Shown: piece by piece, positions 17,319-26,833 of the stretch
How the letters are laid out: every line of letters begins with the position of its first letter
Position numbering within the stretch: the first letter of the stretch is position 1
NCBI GenBank assembly: GCA_049287045.1
Contig: JBAQFC010000010.1
Span: forward strand, 78,179-142,178
Direction of reading: 5' to 3'
Length of the DNA stretch: 64,000 nt
From: Minisyncoccia bacterium
GTDB taxonomy: Bacteria; Patescibacteriota; Minisyncoccia; Phycocordibacterales; UBA9973
Program-made: the position numbers and the translations under genes
Notes under the pieces: model-generated
Seen by the model: the letters and a program-made list of their open reading frames with translations, nothing else
What the model was told of the DNA's origin: nothing
Databases searched by the model: none

Positions 17319-17988
17319 TTTAAACAAAAAAGTTTTGAATTCTATCTTAAAATTTAAACAAATGAAAGTTTTATTATCCTCATATTATCCATTACGTCAT
17401 ACCGCTGAAGGCAAAAAGGCAGTGCAATTGCATGAGCTAAAACCTTATATTGATGGATCATGTAGAAGAGAACCGGATTTTGAAAGTAAATTGCCAAGTA
17501 TTACTTCTTTATGTAGAAAAGAAAAACTTATTGGAAGATTAGATGAGGGTGATATTGTCATTTATATTACTAATGGTGGAAAGGGTAGGCGAAAATTAGT
17601 TGCTATTCTTGAAGTGTTTAAAATCTTTGATTCTCATATTCAAGCTGCGACATACTTTAATAGCGTTGGTATAGTACTACCAAATAACTGTATTGTTGAC
17701 GGGAATTTATGCAAGCCATATAACCAAACTCATGGTATGGTTAGTTGTTACAATGAATGGGGTAATATGGATATAAACTTGTGGGATGCAGAATATAAAA
17801 AAAGAGCAAGAGACTTAGGAAAATTTGCTATTTGCAAAGTATGGAAAAACGAACTTGAGTTAAATAAGCCGAGAAATATATCAAACAAAGAGTTAACAAA
17901 AATATTTGGAAGAATACCAGGAACCATGAACCCACCTAAACTAACAGATGAAGAATGGGGGAAATTTAAAACGTGGTTAGGTAAATAA
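17308..17988 (+). CDS. PUA-like (EVE/ASCH-like) domain protein, overlapping the KAP NTPase gene by 11 nt.
   Basis: 'GDIVIYITNGGKGRRKLVAILEV' resembles the EVE/PUA beta-core. Overlap suggests translational coupling. Confidence 0.35.
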   Translation: MPIDLNKKVLNSILKFKQMKVLLSSYYPLRHTAEGKKAVQLHELKPYIDGSCRREPDFESKLPSITSLCRKEKLIGRLDEGDIVIYITNGGKGRRKLVAILEVFKIFDSHIQAATYFNSVGIVLPNNCIVDGNLCKPYNQTHGMVSCYNEWGNMDINLWDAEYKKRARDLGKFAICKVWKNELELNKPRNISNKELTKIFGRIPGTMNPPKLTDEEWGKFKTWLGK

Positions 17989-17989
17989 A

Positions 17990-18025
17990 AAAAATCACAC
18001 TCAAAATCACACTCAGGATCACACT
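17990..18025. repeat. Three tandem 12-nt repeats 'AAAATCACACTC' (third copy AGGATCACACTT).
   Basis: Direct reading of the sequence. Related copies lie at 18195-18219 on the other side of the tRNA-like fragment. Confidence 0.7.
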
Positions 18026-18053
18026 TGGAAAATAGAGGTCGGCTAAAAAAATT

Positions 18054-18080
18054 AAAACCCCTTGAAAATCAAGGGGTTTT
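18054..18080. terminator. Bidirectional rho-independent terminator.
   Basis: Stem CCCCTTGA/TCAAGGGG with loop AAA, flanked by AAAA/TTTT. T-runs follow on both strands (stronger on minus). Confidence 0.6.
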
Positions 18081-18082
18081 GT

Positions 18083-18122
18083 GTAGCGAAAAGGGGAGTT
18101 GAACCCCTGACCTCAGGGTTAT
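18083..18122 (-). other. tRNA-like 3' fragment (T-arm plus acceptor 3' half). Candidate attachment-site remnant of the adjacent integrative element.
   Basis: Minus strand reads ...CAGGGGTTCAACTCCCCTTTTCGCTACAC. T-stem GGGG/CCCC with T-loop TTCAACT, then a 7-nt acceptor strand, then the terminator. No complete cloverleaf could be folded upstream. Confidence 0.4.
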
Positions 18123-18194
18123 GAAACGAGCAAGAACCCCTGTATTTGCTGTAAACAGGGATACAAAAGTTGACAAATAGCGACAAAAACGAAC

Positions 18195-18219
18195 AAAATC
18201 ACACTTAAAAATCACACTT
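18195..18219. repeat. Two further copies of the 'AAAATCACACTT' repeat.
   Basis: Direct reading. Same motif and orientation as 17990-18025. Confidence 0.65.
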
Positions 18220-18351
18220 TGTCTTATACTGAAATAACTATATAGGTTTGGGTTAATTACTAAAATAGTGATACACTGTTTTTTATTTTACTGAAATAGC
18301 TATACAGTGTAAAAAAACTTCGCTAAAACTACTATATCTTCTCTCTCTTTG

Positions 18352-19656
18352 CTATTTATAAGGTTCATGAAAATTATTCCATTTAAAATTAGAAGTGTTG
18401 AGTAATGGTTCATTAACTATATCCCATAAGCATTTTACTTGATATAACATACATTCCTTGTTAAAAATTCTCTTCACATCTTTGGAAACCTTATCCATTT
18501 CTAACCAATCTTTTATCTCTGTGAAATCAGGAGGAAGGTGATGGTCTTGCGATACACCAAAAGAATCATTAAAATCAGCTTTTGCGATCTCAGCTTCTTT
18601 AATTAAATTCATTTCTAAACAAAAGTGATACTTAGCTTTATATAATGCTAAAATAGCAGTATTGAACGGTTTATCCTTGAAGCTCCTAAATTCATTAGAG
18701 AGTTCTAATAAATGACTATCCGCAGTATCAGGTCTAGAAAGTAATAGTGTAATTAGGTCATCTAATATACTTTTGGCTTTAGCTGTATCATCGAAATAGT
18801 AATGAATTGCGGCAATAAATCGTTGCGCCGCAATATTGAGTTCAGGAGACATTTTCAGAGATTTATTTATACAAGCTAATGCATCATCTTTTCTTCCTAA
18901 TTTAACGCAAAAAAAAGCTTTCCGAAAACATGTATACTCAAAAATACCATTACCTTTTAATTCATTATCTATAATAATATCTGCATATTTAATGCCCTGT
19001 TCAAAATTTTCTTCCCATTCCTGAATTCTAACAAAATATAAAGCGCTATTTATAATACTTTGTTTTGCTTTATTAAACTCATTAAGAGTTTTTTTTAATT
19101 TTTTATCAAGTAACGAACCGAATGCCTTAAAATTTTGTTTTTTTAGAGCACTTCGTAACTTTTTATCTATTTCATCATTTCCAAGGTTACCCTTTTTTTG
19201 AAAATAAATAGAATTGATTTTTCTGAATTCATCTTGTGATTCTTGAAGTTTTGAAATCATTTCTTTCACTTCTCTCATTTCTTGAGATATGCCTTCTGTT
19301 TGAGGACTTACATCAATCATACCGTATTCAACTTTTTCATCAGTTTGTAAATACTTTAAGTATTCCGGATTCTTTTTTTCCAATTCAAACTCAAATTTTA
19401 AAAAGGATAACGGAATCTTAAAAGACTTTTGTATTTCATCTAAAGTGGAAATTTCCGGAGCTGTCTGAAATTTAAATGCTGTATGAAATGATTTTTCTGA
19501 ATTGTCTGTAAAATGTCTAAAATAAACAGGTCTTTCCTTTAAAGAATCCAATGAAGGGAATCCTTTTTCTTCAAGAATTTGCATATTGTCTTGTAAATAC
19601 GCCAAAACATATTTCATGTAAGCTTTACTCTTTTTTTTAAACTTTTCTCTACTCAT
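18352..19656 (-). CDS. Hypothetical protein with TPR-like C-terminal half.
   Basis: 434-aa ORF. Helical-repeat character (e.g. 'AAIHYYFDDTAKAKSILDDL'). Confidence 0.45.
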   Translation of the reverse strand: MSREKFKKKSKAYMKYVLAYLQDNMQILEEKGFPSLDSLKERPVYFRHFTDNSEKSFHTAFKFQTAPEISTLDEIQKSFKIPLSFLKFEFELEKKNPEYLKYLQTDEKVEYGMIDVSPQTEGISQEMREVKEMISKLQESQDEFRKINSIYFQKKGNLGNDEIDKKLRSALKKQNFKAFGSLLDKKLKKTLNEFNKAKQSIINSALYFVRIQEWEENFEQGIKYADIIIDNELKGNGIFEYTCFRKAFFCVKLGRKDDALACINKSLKMSPELNIAAQRFIAAIHYYFDDTAKAKSILDDLITLLLSRPDTADSHLLELSNEFRSFKDKPFNTAILALYKAKYHFCLEMNLIKEAEIAKADFNDSFGVSQDHHLPPDFTEIKDWLEMDKVSKDVKRIFNKECMLYQVKCLWDIVNEPLLNTSNFKWNNFHEPYK

Positions 19657-19671
19657 AGCCTCTTTTCGGAA

Positions 19672-19692
19672 TGGAATTCGTGGAATTCCATG
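19672..19692. promoter_or_regulatory. Operator-like palindrome ATGGAATTC-gtg-GAATTCCAT just upstream of the minus-strand start codon at 19656.
   Basis: Perfect 9-bp inverted repeat with 3-nt spacer, read directly. Confidence 0.3.
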
Positions 19693-19780
19693 TATTCCTT
19701 GTCTAAGTAAATTGTTGTCTTTATTCTCCCACTATCATTGCATTGTGAAATGTGAATATTAAAATAAAGATACAAAAAAA

Positions 19781-19806
19781 CCTCTTATGTGATCAGACAT
19801 AAGAGG
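19781..19806 (-). terminator. Terminator-like hairpin with GATC in the loop, lying in the leader upstream of the 18352-19656 gene.
   Basis: 10-bp stem CCTCTTATGT/ACATAAGAGG with loop GATCAG. T7 follows on the minus strand. Confidence 0.35.
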
Positions 19807-19966
19807 TTGTCACAATAGATAATATATCCATTGCCGCTTAAAGAATACTTCGGAGGTATTCGATAAACTATTTAATTATGCACGAACTAGGTTATTTTGC
19901 AAGTAAATGAAATAGTTCAACCATTTCCTCCCTATGTTCTTTGGGCGCTAAATAAAACAGCGTCAC

Positions 19967-20533
19967 ATGGAAAATTCACTATTACAACAGCTAGAATTGA
20001 TAATCCGCCAAATGGCGCGTGAAGAATCTATGCTTGTAAATAAGGAGCAATCTGATTTGTCAAATAATAAATTATCCTCTATCAACACTTTATTTGAAAC
20101 ACCACCTACCATTAGCAAAAAGATCATATGCCCTTTAGAATGGAATTTACTACCGGAAGGAGTTGATACTTTTTATAAAGGGTTAATGAATATGGAACAA
20201 GAAACACTTGGCTGTACTTTGGAAAGTTTCAGAGCTGTTTTTTTAACTCCCGAAACTGCTCGCCCTGTGAAATGGTTGGGTAAGCCTGGTGAACTGGCAT
20301 GCCTATTAGGAACACTAAATGCAAAAAATGTTATTTCAACACTTGGAAAATATTGGCCAACAATAACTGAATTTTTTTATTACTCCCAAGGAGCAAAATT
20401 TAGTCACAGCTCTTTAAGTGTTCAATATTCCAGAAACCAAAGCTGTAGAGAGTTTGATGATTCAGTTCAAAAACTCATCAATCAATTAAAAGATGACTGG
20501 AAGCAAAAGTTAACTGGAGTTAATCAAGGTTAA
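19967..20533 (+). CDS. Hypothetical protein.
   Basis: 188-aa ORF. No motif. Confidence 0.4.
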   Translation: MENSLLQQLELIIRQMAREESMLVNKEQSDLSNNKLSSINTLFETPPTISKKIICPLEWNLLPEGVDTFYKGLMNMEQETLGCTLESFRAVFLTPETARPVKWLGKPGELACLLGTLNAKNVISTLGKYWPTITEFFYYSQGAKFSHSSLSVQYSRNQSCREFDDSVQKLINQLKDDWKQKLTGVNQG

Positions 20534-20548
20534 TTCAAAATCCTAACA

Positions 20549-20875
20549 ATGCTCTTAACTGGGATTGTCTGTAACGCAAAGGCATCTTCCGAAATTTGTT
20601 TCATAATTAAAACAATAGAAATGGAAACAACAAACAAAGCATTCTTCGATAAACTTAAAAAAGAACTCGAATATTTAGAGCAAACAGTATCAATTCAATC
20701 TGAGCCATATAGATACAATTGGCAGAGTATACCTATCGAAAATAACATTAATAATATTCTGAAATGGATTAAGAAAAATGCAGAAAATTCAAATCCAGAA
20801 CACCTAAGCATGGCTTTTGAACTTGGTTGTAAACATTTATTGCTATTGGAAAAATATTATAAGAATCATCCGTAA
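20549..20875 (+). CDS. Hypothetical protein.
   Basis: 108-aa ORF. Confidence 0.35.
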   Translation: MLLTGIVCNAKASSEICFIIKTIEMETTNKAFFDKLKKELEYLEQTVSIQSEPYRYNWQSIPIENNINNILKWIKKNAENSNPEHLSMAFELGCKHLLLLEKYYKNHP

Positions 20876-20904
20876 TACAAAGGCAACAAGAAAAAACAAT
20901 AACA

Positions 20905-21183
20905 ATGACAGTCGAACTTATTTCATTAGACCACATCAATGAACAATACTTCCAATATGTTGACAAAAGGAGTTGTAAGAATTGGCTCTTAGCAAAAGGC
21001 TTATCAATAATAAAATTGGGAAAGAAATATTTTGTTAAGGAAGAGCAATTTAATGCAGTTCTAAATAGGATAAGCAACAGTGGTAAAACAATTTCAGCAG
21101 TAAAGTCTAAATCAGTAAAAAATCGATTAACACCATACAATGAAATCTATAATGACTTGCTGAGGAATCTAAACGATGTATAA
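20905..21183 (+). CDS. Excisionase-like HTH DNA-binding protein (Bacteroidetes mobile-element type).
   Basis: Small HTH protein ('NWLLAKGLSIIKLGKKYFV') directly upstream of, and overlapping, the integrase gene. Confidence 0.5.
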   Translation: MTVELISLDHINEQYFQYVDKRSCKNWLLAKGLSIIKLGKKYFVKEEQFNAVLNRISNSGKTISAVKSKSVKNRLTPYNEIYNDLLRNLNDV

Positions 21184-22603
21184 TGCCACACACCAAATGA
21201 GTAAACCGATTAAAATACCACAAAACATAAAAGGATTGAAATTATGGTGTCCGGCATGCAGTGAAGAAATCGGAACGACAAACAGGTGCAAGCAGACGGG
21301 TGGATTAGCGACAAAATGTCCAAATGCGGAACGCCATGTATACAGGGTAGTTGTATATGAACCGGGGAGTGGAAAGCGGAGGGTAAAAATAATTAAGGAA
21401 AAGAAAATGGATTTAGTGATAAAGGCAGCCGTTTTATTCAGGGATGAAATTAAAAACGGGAAATATATAGAGCAAGCTGAAATACCACATAATTATGAAG
21501 AAGAAAAAGGAAGTTTAAAATTAATAGAAGCGATGACTTTGTATAGCGCATTTTTAGATTGTAAGCATGGAGCAGCCCACACATTAAGGTCGAGAACGAT
21601 GGGTCACAAAAAAGAATTAATGCGAAGCATTATACTGTTTGCCAAGGCAATTAAAAAACAGGGAATCGATCCTGAACGGTTAAGAATTGAAAAAATAACA
21701 CAAGAGCATATAGGCTTTTACCACACATATTTATTGAGTGATAAAAAGTATTCCAACTGCACATATAACAATCGTATGAATAATTTGCGAGGATTCATTA
21801 ACTACCTGAACAAGCATGAAGGACTGGATATTAATAATCCCTTTAATACGGTTCAAAAAAAGCCAACCAGTACGATTATTAAAACAATTGAACCGGAAGA
21901 GTTTAATGCCTTACTAAACATCATTACACCTGGACGGGGCATACAAACATTATCAACAGGAGAGAAGAAAAATCATTGGCACCCCTTTCTAAAGGAATCT
22001 TACATATTAGGATTATTAACGGGTTTAAGAAGAGAACAGCTCGTTACCATGCGGTTCAAGGACATTCAGGAAGATGCCCAGGGAGTACCCCTGATTATCG
22101 CATCTAATAACCTAAAGGTAAATAGAATAATGAACGCGGAGGAAACAGGTGATATAAGAATTACCCCAACACCGGTAACGCCACAACTTCGCCAATTTTT
22201 AGAAGATGAATTAAATTATGCGGCGAATCGTGACAGTGATAATTTTCTGATAGCGCCCAATAGTGAACTTAAAAGAAAGACGATAATGGATATTATCAGT
22301 AAAAGTTTTACCCACTACTGGAAACAGCTTGATATGGATGTTTCAAAAGACATCAGTTTTGCAAACTTAAGAAAAACGTATATCACAAAAATGACATTGG
22401 CAGTAGGTGATAACGCTAGGCATCTGACAGGACATGCTAATCAGGAAGTATTAAACAAGCATTATATAAATAAAGAATTAATCGCACGTGTAGCAAGCAA
22501 TCATAACATTTTCCCTGAACTTGATATGGAAGCAATAAAAAGAAAAAACGAAATCGAAAAACTCAGATTACAACAACAACAAAATATTTCAAAAGACAGA
22601 TAA
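21176..22603 (+). CDS. Tyrosine site-specific integrase/recombinase.
   Basis: Box I 'TGLRREQL'. Box II 'LRKTYITKM...LTGHANQEVLNKHYI' supplies the R, H-x-x-R, H and Y catalytic residues. Confidence 0.85.
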   Translation: MYNATHQMSKPIKIPQNIKGLKLWCPACSEEIGTTNRCKQTGGLATKCPNAERHVYRVVVYEPGSGKRRVKIIKEKKMDLVIKAAVLFRDEIKNGKYIEQAEIPHNYEEEKGSLKLIEAMTLYSAFLDCKHGAAHTLRSRTMGHKKELMRSIILFAKAIKKQGIDPERLRIEKITQEHIGFYHTYLLSDKKYSNCTYNNRMNNLRGFINYLNKHEGLDINNPFNTVQKKPTSTIIKTIEPEEFNALLNIITPGRGIQTLSTGEKKNHWHPFLKESYILGLLTGLRREQLVTMRFKDIQEDAQGVPLIIASNNLKVNRIMNAEETGDIRITPTPVTPQLRQFLEDELNYAANRDSDNFLIAPNSELKRKTIMDIISKSFTHYWKQLDMDVSKDISFANLRKTYITKMTLAVGDNARHLTGHANQEVLNKHYINKELIARVASNHNIFPELDMEAIKRKNEIEKLRLQQQQNISKDR

Positions 22604-22638
22604 AATCATTACTAACCCTAAAACAAAAACAAAACAAA

Positions 22639-23028
22639 ATGAAAAAAGACAAAACAGTTTTCATAGAATACAGCAGTACCGCCAAAGGACAGCATTTTAT
22701 GACCGTGATGCAAAATGGTAACGGACAAAGAAAAATCATTGCCCGAGTTTTCCGCGAGTATGATCAGGAAAACAAAAAAACGAAGTATGTAGCAAAAGAC
22801 CATCAGGATAATCAAATATTCGCAGATGTACCTGACCTGATGAGTTTAAAGAAAAAGTTTGTGGAAAATGGGAAACAGATGGCATATGCGATTCCCGATA
22901 ATCCTAACCATCAACACTTAAAAGATATGGATCAGCCCGATACCGAATATCCGGAAAGAGAAGAAGAGCTAAAACAAGTCAGAGCAAAAGATTCAGATAA
23001 GGATAAAGAGAAGGAAATCAACAGATAG
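22639..23028 (+). CDS. Hypothetical protein.
   Basis: 129-aa ORF, charged. Confidence 0.4.
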   Translation: MKKDKTVFIEYSSTAKGQHFMTVMQNGNGQRKIIARVFREYDQENKKTKYVAKDHQDNQIFADVPDLMSLKKKFVENGKQMAYAIPDNPNHQHLKDMDQPDTEYPEREEELKQVRAKDSDKDKEKEINR

Positions 23029-23052
23029 TAATTAATTAGAAATACAAAAAGC

Positions 23053-23376
23053 GTGAAAACAGAAATAGAAGATGAACTGTTTGCAGATTTTAGTAATCCT
23101 GAGAATCTTTTCGACCCTATTACTGTGAGTTGTTGCCAAATGGATGGCAGCACAATGCAAATTGGGCGCATATATCAAGACTTTGGCAATGAGGAAGGGG
23201 AAATAACCTATATCTCCACAAACAATGAAGGAGAAGAGCTGTTTCCCCCAGCAGAAGATTGGGCAACCGTTGAAAACAAGTTTGAAAAATTTGCCAAAAT
23301 GATTTCTGAAAGACAACAAGAAATAAACATGCTACGAGGAATTAAAAATAACCAACAACAAACTATTAATAGATAA
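23053..23376 (+). CDS. Hypothetical protein.
   Basis: 107-aa ORF. Confidence 0.4.
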   Translation: MKTEIEDELFADFSNPENLFDPITVSCCQMDGSTMQIGRIYQDFGNEEGEITYISTNNEGEELFPPAEDWATVENKFEKFAKMISERQQEINMLRGIKNNQQQTINR

Positions 23377-23393
23377 CCTTAAAACCATCAGAA

Positions 23394-24482
23394 ATGAAAA
23401 CACAAGCCCTTACAATTATCTCTGGCAATATCTACGATTCTGCCTTGGAAGAAATGATTCAAAAAAAAGATTCAGAGCTAAAAGAAACCGCACGAAAAGA
23501 TGCCAGGCATCTTGCAAAACAAAATCTTCCTGCAAAGGAAGATGAATCTCTTGTGCCATACATCGATGGTATCAAAGCAGGGTATGAACAGCTTTCCTCA
23601 CAGGTCTTCCAATTCCTACAACCCTCTGCACATTTCCCTGAGGCAAAAATGGATGCTGATTACTTCAAAGAAGCAGACAGTGAATTAAATTTGAAAATAA
23701 AAGGTTTGGAAGATGACAATCGCCACGCAGAATATGAATTAGGTAATTATAGTCCGGGGACTATATATCTACGGATATGGATTACGGCAATTGCCACAGG
23801 TATCATTAGTATAGGAGAGGTGTTTTTCAATACAAAATCCTTTCAGGTCACAGGTGAGAACATGCTGTTTGCGCTAATCCTTTCCATCTCAGTTTCCTTT
23901 GCTGTATTCGCCTTTTCGCATGTTGCCACTTTTCTATACAAAAGCAGGAAAACCGCTTTCCAAAGAAGAGCAGTTGCTTTCACAACATTATTCCTCGTAA
24001 CTGGATTGTTCATTGCATTGGCAATATTCCGTTCCAGCTATTTAGCTAACCATGATGTATTCATTAATCCGTTTTATTTTGTCATCATCAATTTGTTTTT
24101 CTTCATTGTTTCTGTTCTGCTCTCATTCTTTGTTCTTCCATCATGGCAAGAGATTAAAGAAAACGCTTCGAGAATGAAACATGCATATGGAATTGCTAAA
24201 CGCAAGAAGGAAATTGAAAAACTCAAAAAAGAAAAAGATGAAATTCGGAAAGTTATTTTAGAGAGAACTAAAAATCGTATCCGTATCGCACATTATGCAA
24301 ACTATGCAGCAGAGAGAATCAGAAAGCTCTACCTTGAAACGGTGGGAATATTTAAAAGCACTAATCTCACTTTTCGTACCGATAAACAAATGCCTGATTG
24401 TTTTTCTGATAGGGTTCCTGAACCGGATATAAATGATTTTGAAATAGTTTTCAGTACTCCTGCTAATCCTAAAACCAAATGA
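23394..24482 (+). CDS. Integral membrane protein with coiled-coil C-terminus.
   Basis: Four or more hydrophobic helices in the central region. Confidence 0.5.
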   Translation: MKTQALTIISGNIYDSALEEMIQKKDSELKETARKDARHLAKQNLPAKEDESLVPYIDGIKAGYEQLSSQVFQFLQPSAHFPEAKMDADYFKEADSELNLKIKGLEDDNRHAEYELGNYSPGTIYLRIWITAIATGIISIGEVFFNTKSFQVTGENMLFALILSISVSFAVFAFSHVATFLYKSRKTAFQRRAVAFTTLFLVTGLFIALAIFRSSYLANHDVFINPFYFVIINLFFFIVSVLLSFFVLPSWQEIKENASRMKHAYGIAKRKKEIEKLKKEKDEIRKVILERTKNRIRIAHYANYAAERIRKLYLETVGIFKSTNLTFRTDKQMPDCFSDRVPEPDINDFEIVFSTPANPKTK

Positions 24483-25198
24483 AAACGCTCCTCTACATTC
24501 TTGTAACAGTTTCTGTCCTGGTAACTATAGTGGCCTGTACAAGGGCCCCTGAGCCTATTATCACTGAGGTTGTAGTACTTAAAGATATTACGGAGGCCCA
24601 ATCAACAAATTCTGATGCACAAGGTATCTTTTCTCTGTTTGATTTTTCAGGTGATAATAAATGGAATGGAGGGGTATTCCATTATTCTGATTTGAGTGAT
24701 GTCAGCTATAACCGTTTTTCAGAAGTAAAGATAAATCCGGCAGGAATGTGGCTTTCAAACGAATTTGAAAGGGAAAAGGAAATAAAGAATTTCAGGACTG
24801 AAGTTTCAAAGATACTGGAAGAAGGAGGAAAGAGTTCTAAGGGGAAAAGCAATTCCTCGGTTTATCTTCCTATCACGCATGAGCTAAACGAAGTAGGAAA
24901 AAGCAAAGCAAATAGGCGAGTTGTATTGATATACAGCGACCTGATGGAAAATACGGCAGATATTTCTTTCTACAGTAAAAAACAGTTTTTACTGCTAACG
25001 AAAAATCCTGATTCAATACAGAAAAAATTTGAACAAATGCAGGTTTTACAAAACCTGAATGGTGTTGAAGTGAATTTCATTTACCAACCAATTGATTCGA
25101 AAAGTGACAAAGTATTTACGATTGTTTCAACATTCTTTAAGCAATTATTAGAAGCTAAAGGAGCAAAAGTGAACATCTCAGCAAACATCAATCTTTAA
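24479..25198 (+). CDS. Lipoprotein (signal peptide plus lipobox).
   Basis: 'MKTLLYILVTVSVLVTIVAC'. Overlaps upstream gene by 4 nt. Confidence 0.5.
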   Translation: MKTLLYILVTVSVLVTIVACTRAPEPIITEVVVLKDITEAQSTNSDAQGIFSLFDFSGDNKWNGGVFHYSDLSDVSYNRFSEVKINPAGMWLSNEFEREKEIKNFRTEVSKILEEGGKSSKGKSNSSVYLPITHELNEVGKSKANRRVVLIYSDLMENTADISFYSKKQFLLLTKNPDSIQKKFEQMQVLQNLNGVEVNFIYQPIDSKSDKVFTIVSTFFKQLLEAKGAKVNISANINL

Positions 25199-25378
25199 AA
25201 ATTAAAATAAATGAGGGAGGTATTAGAAGTAATCGTTAAAGGAATCGCCAAAGTGATTTGGAAAACTTTTTTAATAATAATCTGGGGTTCCTGTAAATTA
25301 TTAGAAACCATCTTTCATGCAATAAATGAACTGCTGAAAGGTGCCGTTAATAAATAACAACAATAAAAAAACAATAAA

Positions 25379-26833
25379 ATGATAACAAAAATCTTTGATA
25401 TGATTATATCTGTAATCGAAGGCACACTCAAAACTATCTTTGAAGTATTGGAATCAATGGTGAGCAGTCTGTCTTCAAAGCAAAACGAATACAAAGCGGA
25501 TTTTGCATCCCAAGGGACTTTACTTTCAAGCTGGAATAATGGTTTTTGTTTAACTGGAAATAAAAACCTTTCTTTAAAGCATTCTTTCCAAAATGCCCTG
25601 ATTATAGGAGGTACAGGAGCCGGTAAATCCAGTGTTGTATTAATACCTTGTCTTTTCTCAATGAAAGGATCTTTTATCGTCCATGATCCATCCGGTGAGT
25701 TATATACCAAAAGTGCGGGCTACCTAGAACAAAAAGGATACGAAATTAAAATATTGAATTTCGCACATCCTGAAATTTCTTCCAACTATAACCCATTATC
25801 AAGAGCAAAAAACTCTACCGATATACAAAAAGTTGCTTCCATGTTGGTCGAAAATTCATTAGGTGGGGGCAAGAAAGATCCTTTTTGGAATAATCTTGCC
25901 ATTTCATTAATAACCGTGCTGATTCAAATATTAAAGACTCAGCCTGAAGAATATCAGAATCTGTATAACGTGCGAAACCTTTTAAATTCCATGGGAGGCA
26001 ATCCCGAAGCAGTGGATGCGCTCTTTAGTAAGAATGCAAGTGAGAAATTATTTTATGAATATAAATCATTCCTGGCTTATGATGAAAAGGTTACCAGTGG
26101 AGTAATAGCCACATGCAAAGCTTCACTACAAATTTTCAATGATGAAAATATCGGTAAAGTAACATCAGGTGACAACATTCCATTTGAGGAGTTCAGAAAT
26201 AAACCGACTGTACTGTATATTCAAAACAGTGTAGCAGATCAGCGCTATTATAGTACCTTAACCAGTATCTTCTTTGAGCAACTATTTTCTTACACACTTT
26301 CCCGTTTTCCAAAACAAGATGAACAAAATATTTTCTTTCTGATTGATGAATGCAGTTCACTGCATTTACCAACGCTCGCGCTTGCTACGGCAAATGTGAG
26401 AAAACATAGTGCAGGAATAATGCTGATTATACAAGATTTTAATCAGATAGTTCATCATTATGGAAAATATGAAAGTGATGCAATCCGAGCAAATTGTTTC
26501 GCCAAATTATATTTTACCGGACAAAGTTTAGAAACAGCCAAAGAATTAGAACAAATATTAGGCAAATATGAATTCAAGGACAAAGATGAAAGAAAAGTTG
26601 TCCGACCATTGATGACCAATGATGAAATAAGAACAATGAAAGAAACTCGGGCAATTCTTGTCTGCGGACATTATCCACCAATTCTTGCAAAGCTTCATCC
26701 ATATTATAAAAGCATACGATACAGAAAGTACAGTTTAATTCCGCCCCCAACCAGTAAATCAGCAAATGACATTGATATTGTTCCAGTATTGCCATTACCC
26801 ATAACAGCAAAAATCAATGAGCAAAAAAAGTAA
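25379..26833 (+). CDS. Type IV coupling protein, TraG/TraD/VirD4 family (Bacteroides MobC-like).
   Basis: Walker A 'GGTGAGKSS'. Size and family-typical context upstream of the relaxase. Confidence 0.75.
   Translation: MITKIFDMIISVIEGTLKTIFEVLESMVSSLSSKQNEYKADFASQGTLLSSWNNGFCLTGNKNLSLKHSFQNALIIGGTGAGKSSVVLIPCLFSMKGSFIVHDPSGELYTKSAGYLEQKGYEIKILNFAHPEISSNYNPLSRAKNSTDIQKVASMLVENSLGGGKKDPFWNNLAISLITVLIQILKTQPEEYQNLYNVRNLLNSMGGNPEAVDALFSKNASEKLFYEYKSFLAYDEKVTSGVIATCKASLQIFNDENIGKVTSGDNIPFEEFRNKPTVLYIQNSVADQRYYSTLTSIFFEQLFSYTLSRFPKQDEQNIFFLIDECSSLHLPTLALATANVRKHSAGIMLIIQDFNQIVHHYGKYESDAIRANCFAKLYFTGQSLETAKELEQILGKYEFKDKDERKVVRPLMTNDEIRTMKETRAILVCGHYPPILAKLHPYYKSIRYRKYSLIPPPTSKSANDIDIVPVLPLPITAKINEQKK

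Noticed and set aside
18083-18325. Complete tRNA or tmRNA gene on the minus strand ending at 18083.
   Set aside because: Only a T-arm plus acceptor 3' strand is present. No D- or anticodon arms could be folded. The nearest complementary acceptor 5' strand is about 240 nt away across AT-rich repeats with no tmRNA tag ORF. Interpreted as a tRNA-derived att remnant.
25315-25710. ORF 25315-25710(-) overlapping the coupling-protein gene.
   Set aside because: It is antisense to the Walker-A region of a well-supported TraG-like gene, with no motif. Likely spurious.
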